In this document: in pieces, positions 1 to 14,300 of the stretch
Position numbering within the stretch: position 1 is the first letter of the stretch
How the letters are laid out: each line of letters begins with the position of its first letter
Assembly (NCBI RefSeq): GCF_018350175.1
Contig: NC_058368.1
Coordinates: forward strand, 19,594,001 to 19,658,000
Length of the DNA: 64,000 nt
From: Felis catus
Lineage: Eukaryota
Direction: 5' to 3'
Made by a program: the position numbers and the translations under genes
Notes under the pieces: generated by a model
Seen by the model: only the letters and a program-made list of their open reading frames with translations
Told to the model about the DNA's origin: nothing
The model's database searches: none

Positions 1-96
1 AGAGAGAATCCAAGCAGGCCCCGCGCTACCATTCTCGAAGCTGTGAGACCAAACCAAGAGTCAGACGCTTAACCGACTGAGCCACCCAGGCACCCC
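1..96 (-). mobile_element. SINEC, partial
   Basis: ttaaccgactgagccacccaggcacccc terminus. Confidence 0.85.
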
Positions 97-1039
97 TTAA
101 ATGCTCAGATTTAAGGAGTCCCTGGGTAACTGGCCTGAGGTGACCCTGAGGGACTCTTGGCCGAATGTTCTCCAGGGAGCCAAGCCCTGCCTGGGAGATA
201 CACCCTGGGATGAGGGGCTGGCCTCGTTCCTGCTATGAAGGCCACAAGTGCCAAACACAAGTCAGAGCCTGGCTCCAGGTGACTTTTTTCTCTAACCTGA
301 AATGCAGCTTAGAAGAAAATGGGTTTTCCAACAAGGGAAGAACTGGTTGAAAACAGAGATCACTAAACGAGTCTTGAACATGTTAGTCACCATGCTATGT
401 ACGAAGAAAGGCTTTCTGTGTCTCTTCTGCCCATTTCTCACTCAGCCACGTGTAAAATACTGCTGTATTGGAGACTACAGGGGCCCTTCACTACGAGCCA
501 ATGCAGCTTCAGCTTCAAGGCCCCGCTGGTGCACAGGCCCCTGCCAGCCCGGGTAGGGGTCCCTCATCATGTTCTCACGGTCGTGTGTTTTGTAAGTTTT
601 GCAAAGCAAGTTATTTCAGTTGCAAACGGTTGGGGCCGGTCTCTCTTTCCACGTGATGTCCCTTCTAGCACATGTTTCCTGTGTCAGGTGACATTGGATG
701 ATCACAGTAAGTTTTGGGGTGAGGGGGATGTCAAGTACAGCATATGCTGATTTCGAGCAGAGTAAGATAAGTTTATGTGATGTGCAGTCACTTCTGTGTA
801 TGGTTCAAGCCAGCTCCTTGTGTAGATGGCTCCAAGGACGACTCTCCTGTCCAACTTTCTGACTCACCCAGTGTCATGGCGGTACGAGGGTTGCAGTATA
901 TATGGAGGCATATGGATATTGGCAGAGGCACAGGTCTGGACGCTCAAAGCTACTCTGTGGAGAGTTCTCCCCAAATTGCTAGCAGGGAAGCTGATTCTCA
1001 TCGATAGAAGGTCTCTCCTGTCAGGAATATACTTGATAG

Positions 1040-1585
1040 TGCAGTCTATACAATTATAAACAACTGTCAATGATGAAAACATTCCCATCAACCATACTGG
1101 AGGAAAGACTGAATTATCTTTTATAACGTTGTCATATGAGGAGGCAATCAGAACCCTCAGAGGATGAAGGTATTACACAAGGGTGTTAATTTATTTTTCT
1201 GGATTGTTCTGGATTGTTGGTGTTTGTGGCATTTCACACAAATGGCTATTCTTGTGTCAACTCTTTAATATTTGCAATCTGTTTGCATTCTAAATTGTCA
1301 CTTTCGTACCTAATTTTGTGTTTGTAATTTTACAGCCCTTCTTTCTTTTTTTAAAAAATGTTTAATTCTCATTTTATTATTACTATTATTTTTAAGTAGT
1401 CTTCATGCTCAGCATGGAGCCCAGTGTGGGGCTTGAACTCACGACCTTGAGATCAAGTCCTGAGCTGAGATCAAGAATCAGACGCCTAATCTACTGAGCC
1501 ACGCAGGCACCCCGAGTCCTTTTCCTTAAAGAGAACGTACCCAACCACGTAAACTTTAGACCACACAAGACTTGGATCTATCCCT
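1040..1585 (+). mobile_element. hAT (Tip100/Zaphod-like) DNA transposon 3' remnant interrupted by a SINE (about 1345-1513, minus)
   Basis: caaccatactggaggaaagactgaattatct encodes a hAT dimerisation-like TILEERLNYL motif; terminal ...cttggatctatccct. Confidence 0.55.
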
Positions 1586-3363
1586 AATAAGGTCATTAAG
1601 TCACAGGCTGAAGTCATAGCCACAAAGTGGTCCAAACAGGATTCAAATCCAGAGTCCAAGCGCTGGCCTCACAGTGTCTCAGACTCCAACATGCACGGTT
1701 CACCTGGGCTCTTGCTAAAATCAGATTCTGATTCAGTAGATGTGGGCTGGGGCCCCAATGGCATGACGGCCATTCTGTGGGCAGCACTCTCAGGACCCAG
1801 GGTCTCTAAGCTAATGCACGATTTGGCCAGCTCTCAAGTGGTGTGATTGGGTCACTAGAACTGCTTCCTTAGGAACAAGGTCTAGCTCATCTGATTTCCT
1901 CAATCCTGGAGGCATGTGTGGCATTAAGAAGTTGCTCGAATACCACTTTTCACTACCTAACTTCCCTCTCACACATTTCTGGAACGCCTATGAGTGGTCG
2001 AGTAGTTTCTGTTGACCATCACTATGGCTCCAAGGGGGTATATTCCCACCTTGTGGACGAGGACACTGCCATCCAGGGAGATCACGTAACTTGCCTGCGG
2101 TGGCAGGGTCAATGGTTGAACTCACGTCTCCGGCCCTTCTTCACCTGGTGGCAGGGGGCTAAGTGGGGAGTCAGAAGTCAGCCTGTGTTCCCAAGGAACA
2201 TTTCCCCACCAGGCCCCTACTGTCAGGTGGGAGCCACTTGTATCTCTCCTCTCTCTAGGTGTCCTCTGCCTTGGGATGGGCCCTAGATGCTGCATTCCTC
2301 CATTCCTGTCCATTACATGGGCTTACTGTGACCCACCTCAGAGAATTTTATGGGGATTACATGAAGCTTTACCTGATGGGGTACATGATACTACTCATGC
2401 TGGCCCAGAACCCCCATCGAAGTGGTCACTGTTGTCCCCGGGATAAGCTGACCTTGGCAATCAAGTGGGTAATCCTTGCAGCTTGTACCCCGGGCTTGCT
2501 TTCTTCCTGGTGTGTGTTAAGAAGAGACTGTGTTAAAACACAAGGACATCTGGAAACCTCTCCAACCCTGCAGAGAGCTGAGCAGAGAAGGGCTTGATGG
2601 CAGCCACTTGTTCCCTGGCAGATGTCAGTTTTGCCTGTCGGGCCCTCTCAGTGTGTTTGCAGCCCAGGAGCAGGCTGACAGCCTCTGGCGTCCCCTTCCT
2701 GTCTTGGTCCTCCCAAACGCACCCAAAGCCCAGCCACGCGGCTTCATCACCGCAGGCCCACCTAATGACAACATGCTGCAGTGATTTTGTCATCTTCAGA
2801 ACACGTGAGGCAATGTTATTTTCAGAAACTTCCGACACTTGTCCTGTGGATACATTTTCCAGGAGAAAATGCCGACGGATGGGGACAGGCTGCGTTCTCT
2901 GGCCATCCCCATCCTCTGGAGGCTTCTGTTCATTAGCATCCCCTCAAAGGATATATGCCATAATGGCTGCAGACTCCGGGTGGTCCTGCCTCAGGCTCTG
3001 TAGCCCAAAAGGTCCGACTTCCACATCCGCATGCAGCCTGGCCTGGATTTGGGTTATTTTAAGCTGCCCCTGCAATGCAGCTGCAAATCCAGAGAAAGAG
3101 GAACGCGGGTCCTGCACACCAGGGAACAGCTCGCTAAGCACACGCTGTCACTGGCCTGGAGAGTAGGCAGACAATATAATTACAGTCATTCCAAGAGATG
3201 CATTCTGCTGAATTGCCCCTTTAGGGCCACCCCTCCTATTTCTTTGGTACCGGTACAATTTTTTTTTCAAACCCTTTGGTAAATTTCAAAGTGTTACAGG
3301 TAAAAGCAAACCTCTTCACTTAGCTTCTTGGTTATCTGTTTAGGATTTTATGTATCTCATTAG

Positions 3364-3409
<46 letters not shown>

Positions 3410-4099
3410 AAATGGATTGAGGCCCCTGGCCCTGCCTTTTGGGGGAAAGAGAGGGTTCTGAGAGTGGAGCAGGGAGATGACCTCAATTGTACTCCACGTG
3501 GAACCTTAGCTTCAGGACAATAATAGTGTAGACCAAGCCCTGGGGATGCAATTTGTTTTCCCCTCTGGTTGTTAATTTGGTGTCTGAATCAACAGGCTTT
3601 GTGCCAAGAAAGAGGAAGAGAAGAAGCCATGGAATGTCTTTCCTTGGAAAGCTTTGTCTAACGGACACCTATTAGCACTGGATGCCAGACAGCGCTCTGG
3701 GCTCTGGGGGTGAATTTCAGAACCCTGAAGTCCTTTCTCCTAATCATTTCCATCAGTGTACTTTATAGATTCCAAAGTATTTCTCCTGCTTCATCTGTTC
3801 ATGTATTCATTCATCTGCCCAGTGAGCATTTATTACATGTGAATGGATTTATTACAGGTGCCGGGATGGCACTGGGCCCTGGGGATACTGTCCCTGCCTC
3901 TCAGCTGCCTATAAGCCAATGTGGGAGGCAGACATACAGAAAGCATAGTACTGCTCTTGGGAGAAGCCCAGGGTGTGGGATGCATGGGGTGACACCTACT
4001 CAGTGTAGGGGGGCATATGAGGCTCCCTGGAAGGGACCTGGGTAAATAAGTAGGGGGTTGCCTAGAAAGAAACTTTGGGGGAAAGAACAAAGATATTTA

Positions 4100-4322
4100 T
4101 TTATTTTTTTTTAATTTTTTTTTCAACGTTTATTTATTTTTGGGACAGAGAGAGACAGAGCATGAACGGGGGAGGGGCAGAGAGAGAGGGAGACACAGAA
4201 TCGGAAACAGGCTCCAGGCTCTGAGCCATCAGCCCAGAGCCTGACGCGGGGCTCGAACTCACGGACCGCGAGATCGTGACCTGGCTGAAGTCGGACGCTT
4301 AACTGCGCCACCCAGGCGCCCC
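4100..4322 (-). mobile_element. Young SINEC_Fc
   Basis: TSD aagaacaaagatattta at 4083-4099 and 4323-4339. Confidence 0.96.
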
Positions 4323-5699
4323 AAGAACAAAGATATTTAAAGGGAGATTTTAAAAAGTGCGGCCAAATGATGTACCACGGAAACCCTTTTTCCAATCTTA
4401 CCACAGTCTTTAGAGACCCCTCTCTGTGAATGCACTGTGGCTGGGGGCTCTGTCCAGGATGCACAGGAGGTGCTGATCTTGCTGCAAGAAGGGTGTGAGT
4501 GACACCTGAGGCTGCCACTTCCATGTGAGACAGAGAAGGCTGTTTGCAGAGTGGCCACGGGCAGCCACACCAAGATAAGGCCTATGAACACAGGTCACAG
4601 GAGCTCTGCGTCCTTTGCATTTATTCAGTCTTTTCATATTAACTGAACACCTGTTGCATGCACTGTGCGAGGCACCCAGTGAATACCCCTGGATCGCTGC
4701 CCTGTCGGACCCTTATGTAATATGGGGGAGGTTAACAATCGACAGACAATTCCATCTATGGTCTTCCAGATGGTGATGGAGGAAGACAAAGGATGGAAAC
4801 GAGACAGGGTAGGGTTTAAGTGGGGGTGGGGGCACACCCTGGCAGGTGACATTTGAGCAAACACTCAAGGGAGTAAACCATGTGGATACCTGAAGTAAAT
4901 GAGTCCCAGGCAGAAGAAATGGTAATGCAGAAACTCAGGCAGCAGGGAGAGGCAAGGGGGGACCGGGAGTGTGGTAGGAGAGTGGGGGGGAGAGGAACCG
5001 TGAGGGGGTTGCCTTGGTGGCTCTGCATCTGAGCAAAGTGAGGAGCCAGCAGAGGTCTGGGCAGAGAAATGGCATGATGTGACTTATGTTTAATAGCTTG
5101 TCCACTGTCAGGTCAGTGGGGGCCCCGTCTTCAGAGCAGCAAACTGGTGCCTAGCAAAGAAAAATCAGGAGCCTACAGAAACTGATTACACAAAAACATT
5201 TCTAGAACGTCTAGTACATGATGGGTACTTTGCTAGGCAGTCTTGTCCCTATCCTGAGGGAGGGAGCCCTCTGGGTGAGTGGAGGACATGGGCACACAGG
5301 GAGATGACAGTTCAGCACAGGGCAGTGCTTTACATACATTCAGGGAGGTGCACGGTCTCAGAAACAGCACCCAGAGCGGGTGGGTGTGCCAGCAGCCCCC
5401 GGAGCGCCTTGCGTCTTCTTCTGGGGATGGGCTTAGTGTCAGTTGCACGTGGGATCACTGAGGCTCATGTTTGGCAGAGGTGAGCCACTCTACCCTTTGC
5501 CAGAGGGGTAAGTCTAGAAGGTATAATCTGTGTCTGGAAGGGGCTAAGTAAACAGCTCTTCAATAAAGCAAAGGTCAGTAAGAAAATTTGAATTTTATTT
5601 ATGAAACTACCTACCAGGCTTTGCCATGAAGAGTAATCTCAGTCAAGCACCCAAATCAATAATCTCAGACCACAAACACTGAAACACCAAAGTGATAAG

Positions 5700-6750
5700 G
5701 TGCGGGGTGCTTTGGTTAGCTATTGTGACTTAACGGATGACCTCAAAACTTACTGACCTGACCTAAAACAACAATTTATTATTCCTCATGATTTGGTTCT
5801 CTGGGAGGTTCTTCTGTGGGTCTTGTCTGGGCTCAAGCGTGTGGCTGTGTTCAGCTGGGGGGGTTCAGCCTGGGGATGCAAGCAGGTGAGATGCTGTGTC
5901 ATCTGGGCCTTTCTCTCCATGCAGTATTGTCCCAAAATATAGGTTTTATTGTTACTCAAGCATGGTGAGGGCAAGCGATCAGGAGATGATTGACACTGAA
6001 AAGATGGTTTGTTATACTTACAAATCCCCAGAGAAGAAGGCATGCTGGGCCACAGAGGGCTACACAGGGAAGCATCAGGGTCAAGTCAGGAGGCAGAGGA
6101 AGTGAAGGGGAAATGTGGGCAAGGGTCTTTGTTGTGGTTTCCATCGGAACGAATGGGTGAAGCAAGGCAAACAGATTTAGAATTGGCAAGTTGGAATAAT
6201 TTCGGTAGGCTCTGGGGCATAGGGACTGTCCCGACTTGTTTGGCATGATTCAGTCAGGTGGATAATGGCCCAGAGTATGAGAGCCAGATACAGGAGGTGA
6301 TTGGGGTGTGGGCCCTGGGTTGCTTTGTTTTCTGTATGAAAGGCACGCTCATGGGAGAGTTGCTTACTGACTCTCACAACTGACTGGCCCTGGGAAGGGA
6401 ACCCCCTCAGGGTCAGCAAGCCAGATGTCAAAGCATCAGAATATAGAAAACAAAAGACATGATTTGTACAGGTCTCAAGGCCTCTCTCCACACGCTCTCT
6501 CAGTAAGAGCTGTAGCATGGGCTTCCTTAAGTGGTGGTCAGGGCACTCAAGGGAGCAAGAGCAGAAGCCACAAGGCCTCAGCTTGGAAGGTGTGCAACAT
6601 CACCTCACTTGGTCACAGAATCTCAGAGACGCTCCAGAGTCACGCCCTTGATGAAAAGAGAGGACCACTTACTGTGCCAGCTAGGACAGTTGTTGTAGCC
6701 ATCTTGTCACACAATCTGCCACAGGTATGCTTCTAGAATGTTGCCAAGGC
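5700..6750. mobile_element. MLT1 (MaLR) fragments flanking another old LTR
   Basis: MLT1-like text (aaaacaacaatttattattcctcatgatt, ctttctctccatg, gccatcttg) split by an LTR-like block at about 5930-6490. Confidence 0.5.
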
Positions 6751-8534
6751 CTTTTTGAATGGATCAGATCCAACAGGAAGGACAGAAGGATGTGGACTTC
6801 CAGCTCCTTTGTCTCTACTGGTGTGTGGAGAGGGCGTGACTTCCTTCCACTGTGGGTTCCAGCCTCCAAGGTCCGTTAGGTATTTGCCCCAGAGTCCACA
6901 GGGACCTTTTCTACTTTTAGAGGAGGGTGGGCGTGGTTCTGAGCAGCTCTGCCTCAAATGGCCTGGAGGCCTGGCCCCCCAGGGAAGACCCTGCCTGCTC
7001 TGGCACGGAGCCCACGGCTGTTTGCAACCTGTCTGAAGGCCGAGGGTCAGGCTGTCTCGTATTACTTTTCCTATGGAGTGAAAGTAACCCCATTACTTCT
7101 CCCACAGAAATGCAGATGCTTTATTATACACATGCTGTTCATACAGCATGTGGAGTTTGGCCAATAAGAGCCACCTTTCACCTCACACTTCAGACCCATG
7201 AAGCATTTTCTTACGTGTTCTTTCATGTGTTTTCACAGGCCCCCATGGAGGACGCATTGTTATCCTGCTTTTTCATAGGAGGATACTGTGGCTCCAGGGT
7301 CTTAGGGACTCACCGGGTGTCTACACTGGCTTGGGCCTCAGGAGATGCCCTGGACCACTCGCTCACTGGGTGAGGCTAACGGAGCCTGACAAATGCTCTC
7401 TCACTTCATTCACATGGGTGCTTCAGTGAGTCACTTCTGCCTCCTTTTACTGCTCTCCTCTCTGGCTGTTCTCATTAGATTATTCCCCCCTTTGAATCAG
7501 ATGCTTCAGAGAGTCCCCTCGTGCCCTGAGGAGTTACCTGTGGCCAGGGGATACCGCCCTGACACCCCTAGAAACAGCCCGGCCCTGCCCACTGCTCCAC
7601 CCAGCTCTTGCCCCAAAGTCCCCAGCCAGGCCGGCCATTTGCTGGGAGCAGATTTCAGTCCCTCAAGAACACACAGCCTGTGGAAAGCCAAGCTGGCTCT
7701 CCACTCCGGACCCCTAGATCACCTCCCTGGTACGGCGGTGGGATTCATTCAAGTAAGTGAGTCATTCGTTCTGCTAAGAGTCTGAGCTAGACACCCACCT
7801 GTTTGCTTCTGAAACCCAACAAGTGAGGCGGTGCCTGCCAGTCCGTCTTAAGATAAGAAGACTGAGTCATTGCTGAGTCAGTATCTAGTAGAGTACCATG
7901 GGCCACTTTCTCCAGACACAACAGGACCTTCACTGAGGATAATGAGGGCAGAATCTCTCAGTTAGATCCTGTTTCTTTGGAAACCAGAGGGCCGTCTTTC
8001 TTAAAGGCTTCACAGCCCACGATCACATTCTGCATTTCCTGGAATGCGGAGGCTTCTACAGTCCCTCCCGGACTCCGGGGGAGTCCAGAGCAGTGGCCAC
8101 ACTTCAGGATTCCATTTCCTGCTTGGATGCTGACTCAACCGTGAGGATTTGCCCGTTTGCCTCTGTTCTCTCGGGGCTTCCTTTGTGAACAGAGGTAACT
8201 CACCTGCCACAAAAAGATTTGACAGAGCTGCTCATGAGGAATCCAGGTTTCCCTTAGGACATCCTGAAAAAGATTCTGTCCGAACAAAAGGGTCCCAAGA
8301 TGCAAAGGCATCTCCCAGACTAGGGGCCAGGGTGGGGTGCAGGCCCAGGCCACAGGTGCTGAGACTTCTCCAAAATCACGCACTTCCGTGGCTGTGGCTC
8401 CTAACGTCATGTTTATGGGTCTTGCTCCTGTTGATGGTTATTTTCTCCAGAGAAGGACAGTCTCTTCCTGTACAAGCTACCCACAAAAGTCAGGCTGGGA
8501 CCAACACTGCTTTGCAGTGTCTGCCTTCCCCTGA

Positions 8535-8855
8535 GGGTTCTCAACCAAGGGTGATTGTGACCTGCACCGGGCAATATTTGGCGGTGTCTGGAGACATTTC
8601 TCCTTGTAGATGCTGGAGGTGTTACTGGCATCAAGTGGACAAAGGCCTGGGATGCTGCTAAACATCTTACAGTGCCAGGAATGCTCCTGGCTGGCTCCCT
8701 TGGAGGAGCCTGTGACTCTTGGTCTTAGGGTCATGAGTTGGAGCCCAAGCTGGGTTTAGAGATTGCTTAAATAAATAAACTTAAAAAAAAAGAAGAAGAA
8801 AGAAAGAAAAACTTAAGAGAAATTATCCAGTCCACAGTATCCATGGTGATGAGGG
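8535..8855 (+). mobile_element. MER20-like DNA element interrupted by an old SINE (about 8677-8810)
   Basis: gttctcaacc...tttggcggtgtctggagacattt...ggatgctgctaaacatctta. Confidence 0.7.
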
Positions 8856-9520
8856 CAATCTTCACCTAGCAATGAAGTCCAAGAGTGTCCCCCTCTCCAT
8901 CAACACTTTTCACAATACTTCGAACGTGGGCTGTGCTTGTTTTCTCTCTTCTGAGCTACAACCTCCTTTTTTCCATGCTCATACTAGCAATTCCCAGTCA
9001 AGCCTGGGGAAAAGTATCCATTACCATTATTCATTACTGTCCATTAGCTACTGGAGGTCAGGTGATAATTTCCCCTATCTACCTCCTATTCTCTATCATC
9101 ATCACCATCATTGACAACAACAAAGACCTCATAGTTGTCATAAGTATTGCCTATAAGCTAGCTGACGGTCATCAGTCAATTGCCCGTTGCTGGATGTCAC
9201 TTGAATACACTTCCTGCCAATGCGTACTTCTTAACTCTAAAGTAGGCAGTACTAAAACTGTCCACAGGCTCATCAACAACCTCATTTCATCATCATCAAT
9301 ACCAGTGTTGTTGTTATCTTTACAAGCCAGCCAACAGGCAGTCTTTAAGTCCATGATGATGGTGGTGGTGGGGAGTGGGGAGCGGCTCTGTAGAGCATCA
9401 CTGAAGTTCCAGCAGCCAAATGCACGGACATTCTGCTTGAGTTCACTTTTGTCCAGTGTGAGCACATTTTTATTAGGAGTTATTGGCATCTGAGCCTCAA
9501 GTGACCAGGTCCTATGTTCT

Positions 9521-9551
<31 letters not shown>

Positions 9552-10519
9552 GTGCTTTGTCTTTTTCATTTCTCAGTTCCCACTAGTGGAGCCTGGTAAT
9601 TGCTTCCTTCTCTGGTCCCCCAGAAATTGAGACTTTGGGGTGTTTTAACTTAACATTTGACTCAGTGAAATGCCCAGGGCCTCCTGCTTCTACACCCAGG
9701 GACTGGGACAGAGTATGTTGGAGTAGGGGTGGGATAGGTAGAAGGCAGTCTGCCCTCACTTGGTGACTTTCTGGATCTATCCAGTGGAGATAGCACCCAG
9801 AACCCGAAATGACAACTGAGGCATTGTCAGCCACAATGTAGAGTCCCTTCCCCCCGCCCACTCTTCTCTGTGCCTCCCCTCCCAACCTCCCATAGCGCAC
9901 TTAGGAATGATTTATGAAGTGTCACACTAGGAAGCAGACTTGAATAGTAATGAGGGGAAAGCACTAGAGTTAGTTATTATTGATCATCTCTGTATGCACT
10001 TTATATATTTGCAAGCACCTTTCAGGACCTAGTTGGTAATAAATAAAGTGCCTCCAGATCACCTTGCTGCTTCCCACCGCTCCATTTCTGCTGACACTCT
10101 TCATGAATGCAATTTTAGTCGTGTGCCTCCTGGCACACAAACTAAGGACACGGTACCCACAAACAGCATGTAAAATACTTCCATGGTAGTGAGTGTGTGT
10201 GTGCACACACAGAGCTGTCAAAATCCTCTTTAGTTTATAATCAACACCCACAGTGGATGCAATTGGCACCCTGCCCAGGTCCCCTCCACTTCCCCCATCT
10301 TCCAGCTTCTGTGACTATTGGCTCACAGCAGCTGTCCCTTTCTGGAAGAACTGCCCTTGACAGAACAGGAACCACAATGCTCAGAAGGTTATCTGCTCTG
10401 GTATCCCTCAACCAATGATTGATTGTTGCCAGGGCTATATTAGCTATCTATTTCTCAAAATAATGACTCCAAAACTTAGTGGCTTAAAATAACTTCGGAA
10501 GTTTAAAGGCTTGCTTATT

Positions 10520-11350
10520 TTTTTTCTTTGTAACAGCTTTATTGAGATATAATTCACATCCCATCAAATTCATCCCTTTAAAGTTTATAATTCAGAGGCT
10601 CTTACTATATTCATAAAGTTATGCAGCCATCACCACTTCTGAATTTTAGAGCATTTTTAGCCCTACCCTTAAAAAAAAACAAACAAACCCTGGTGATTGT
10701 GAGGACCCACACCCTATTCTGTGGTGACCATGAGTCTACTTTTTGTCAATTACCTATTTACCTATTCTGGATATTTCCCAAAAAGGTAGCCATACAATAA
10801 TGTGGACTTTTGTGTCTGGCTTCTTTCACTTAGCATAGTGTTTTATCATTTCATCCATGTTATGGAATGTTGTAGCATTCCTCAGTTTGATGGATATTCG
10901 GGTTGTTCCTACTTTTTGGCTATTATGAATAATGCCGTGAGCATTTTCAAGCACATTTTTGTGGGGACATATCCTTTATTTTGCTGGGGTAGACATGTAG
11001 GAGTGGCACTGCTTGGCTGATATGGTAACTCTTAACATTTTGAGGAATCAGCACATTGACTGCATCATTTTACAAGCCCATCAGCAATGTACAAAGTTTC
11101 CAGTTTTTCCACATCCTTGTCAACACTTATTATTGTCTGTCTTTTTTATTTTAATGAGCGTGAAGTGGTATGTCATCATGGTTTTGATTTGCCCTTCCCT
11201 AATGACTAACGGCGTTGAGTATCTTTTCACGGGCTCATTTGCCATTTGTGTCTTCACAAAGAAATATCTATGCCAATCCTTTACTTATTTTTAAGTTGTA
11301 TGATTTGTCTTTTTATTGTTGACTTTTAAGAATTCTTCATAGAATCTAGA
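10520..11350 (-). mobile_element. Ancient L1M 3' end
   Basis: acagctttattgagatataattcaca...tttgtgtctggcttctttcacttagcat... Confidence 0.8.
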
Positions 11351-14300
11351 CTCAAGGAAGGCCCTTATTAAATAGATGGTATGTCTTCTCTAGCATCCGT
11401 GGAACTGTAAGGCTAACCTGTGGCCGACTAGCTCCTGTCAAGGTGCTCATCAAAATCACCTGGCAAGGAGCGTCAAAATCCGTACTGCTGGGGTTCCACT
11501 CCAGCCATTCAAACTCAGTAGATCTGGAGTGTTTGTTAAGTTCCATGCATGATTCTGATGCACACTCCTAGCGGTGGTCAGGGAGGCAGGCCTAGGAGTC
11601 TGGCGGAGCTTCTGACAGGAAATAGGTCACAGTCAGAAGGATCCAGCACGGTTCTAGAGACAGTGAGAAGGTGGGTGCGATGGTGTCCCATAGGACAAGA
11701 TGGGCCTCTCGGACAGTATCGGATTCTGCTTGGTAACACCTCGTACCTCTCTCAGGGCATCAGGTTGGGTGAGGCAGCACGGATTGTGCACCCACAACTT
11801 CTCAGTGAACAATTGCTCCCAGAAGGCAGTGATGGGGCTGCCCGTGGGCCTGCCTTCAAGAATTTTAGCTGGAAGGGTGAGGGGAGAAGAGGGTGGAGAT
11901 GAAGAAATGCGAGATCTGTTGGGCCTCCACAGTTCTAGCTGCAACTCTGTTTGGCAAGACTCTGTGTCAACATCCCCAAGTGGATCCTGCAGGGGACATT
12001 CCACTCCTCCCCCTCCCACCCATTTCCTGCCTGAAGCATAGAGAATCTAACTCGAATCTTTTGTCGTGAGGCTAGATTCCCCTGCAGTTACCACCACATG
12101 TGATCCGCATGTGCAGGGTGACCTCTCCACCTGCTGAAGGATTCAGAAAGCCACCTCCAGAGGCAGCTCCCACCCAAGGCGGCCGCTGAAGGGGCAATGC
12201 TATCAGAGCCCATGTCTGCTTATGGGTTCCCTGCCTCACCTCACAAACCACCGCGGATACCACGGGCGTCCCAGCCAGGCTGGCCCTGCCTTCTTTTTTC
12301 TTAGAGTGACTGTAATTTCCATCCACATATTTGGGTTTGCCCTTTTGCCAATATTTCAGCCTGGAGGCTACCAGGAATACGGCCTCCACCCTCCAGCTGG
12401 GCAGAGCTTCGAATTACATGGACACATGACTCCTACGCGGCTAATATTCTTCATCTTATCCTCAGACACAGGGATTGGCTGGACGTATGAATATGTCACC
12501 CAAAACCAGCCAATCAGAGTTCTAGCGAATTTCCACCCCCTTGGTCCTCTCCTTCATCTTGGCTCATCTTTAGCTGGGAAGGCATAAATCTGATGTTACC
12601 TGTGCTGATTCCCCTGTCCCTTGACACTCTCTGATTTGAATGGTTTCTGTCACTTCTAACCTCTAAAGTTGTGATTAATACAAATTTGTTTCCTATGTGA
12701 TTTCCCTGTGCAGGTGTTGGTATGTCTCTATCCATTTAATCTCTATTTGAAAATAAACAAATGTTGCTGGCCTACCTCCAGATCCTTCAAGCTCTGTTCT
12801 GTGTAATGAACCCTTCCTTCCTCACTCTGCTTATAGCACTCTGCTGTTTTTGATGATTATTATGATTACTGAAGTCATATAAAGTTCTGTATTGAGGATT
12901 TAACATGTTTTCTGCACAAGATAACACACTTCTTAGTGATGACTTTTAAAAGCAGCTCCCCCAGGACTGACTTTAATTCTGGGCACATATCCAATGTATA
13001 ATAATATCAATGAAATAAGAAAGATTTTTCCAAAACACAGAACTCCTCAGAAGTATCACACTCCCCAACGATCAAGCTCTTGGCTGGTGGCGATCATTTG
13101 ACTCTTCATATTCTTGGGTTGGAGCAGCTGAGCTGAGGTACAAATGGAAAAAGGCCAGAGGAAGAGATTTTTGCACAACTTTTCTGAAATAAAAATTGTC
13201 TTTGGAGAACCCCAGTAAAGTGCACATTCATTGTTTCTGACCAGTTGCAGGACCAAAGTGATTGTGAGGCAGCGAGACTTGGTTAGCTAGAAGAAGGGAG
13301 GGCAGTCTGGCATGGGGCTGGCGGGGGGTGGGGCAGGGGGGCGAGGGGGCGAGGGGAGGGTCTGCTTCACCGGAACAACCCCCTGGCTGAAACTTTGACC
13401 TCTTCGTGATCTGTCTATAGAAGGCCAAAACTTTCTGATTTGGGATCTCTTTTTGCTTTTACTTTCTTCCTGAGGGAGACAGAGCTTTGATGCATTTAAT
13501 ACAGCAAATTCTTTTTAAATGGCTAGAATAGATACAGTTTAAATCTTCTTGATCCCTTAAGCAAATATTTGAGAAATGCCAAGAAAGCAAATTAAGCCAG
13601 TCTTCACTCAAGAAGGTCTTCCTTGGTGCCTTCCCTTCTGTAAACCCTTGGAGAAATGGAAGCCCAGTGCAAAGCCCCTGCCAGGATGTTCAGTCATTAC
13701 TGCAAGACAGGTGGGTGTTTAATGAGCGTGTGCCTACAGTTTAAGGAGAAGGAAGGATGGACTTAAACACCGTTTGTCAGAGAATAGAAAGAGATGTGAA
13801 CAAATGAGCTAAGAACTGGGTTAACCCTTGTGTGTCAGTCTGGATACAGTCAATAGAGCAGATCCCCGTGCCCATGTGATCCAAAGCTCAGTTTAGTAGA
13901 AGGAATTGAATACAGCAGGCTAGTTAGGAGGGTGTTACAAGAGCTGAAACCAGGGTGGGGGGGAGGGAACCCAGAGATTAACAACTGCAGGAAGGCACTA
14001 CTACTCCTAGGGCTGGAGGAGATTGAGCTCTCAGACCCCATGCACCAGAGCTAGAACCATCTAGTAGGTGTTGCACAAGGGGCTACCTGGAAGCCCCATG
14101 GTTTCGGCTGCCAGGCAAGAGCTGTGGCTGCAGGGACAAGGCCATGGAGAGGATGGGGTGCAGAACCAGGGCAGGGGCTGTGTGGGCACATCTGGGTCCA
14201 GGCAAGAAAAGTGGTCACTGCCAGAGATGTAGCTACTAAGACAAGACTGAAAATGTGGGTAGGCAGGATGAGCAGGGGTATACAAAGTTCTCCTCCTCTG

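Noticed and set aside
2594..3166. 190-aa ORF, and the 202-aa ORF at 8885-9493
   Set aside because: No recognisable domain or supporting gene structure; composition is typical of chance ORFs
100..3300. Possible ATP7B 3' exons expected from synteny
   Set aside because: No P-type ATPase peptide is recognisable in any frame; the gene presumably ends outside the window
4123..4524. Recurrent ORFs containing GAWVAQ/LSVRLQPGHDLAVREFEPRV or GQRETEHERGRGRERG
   Set aside because: Translations of SINEC_Fc copies, not a gene family
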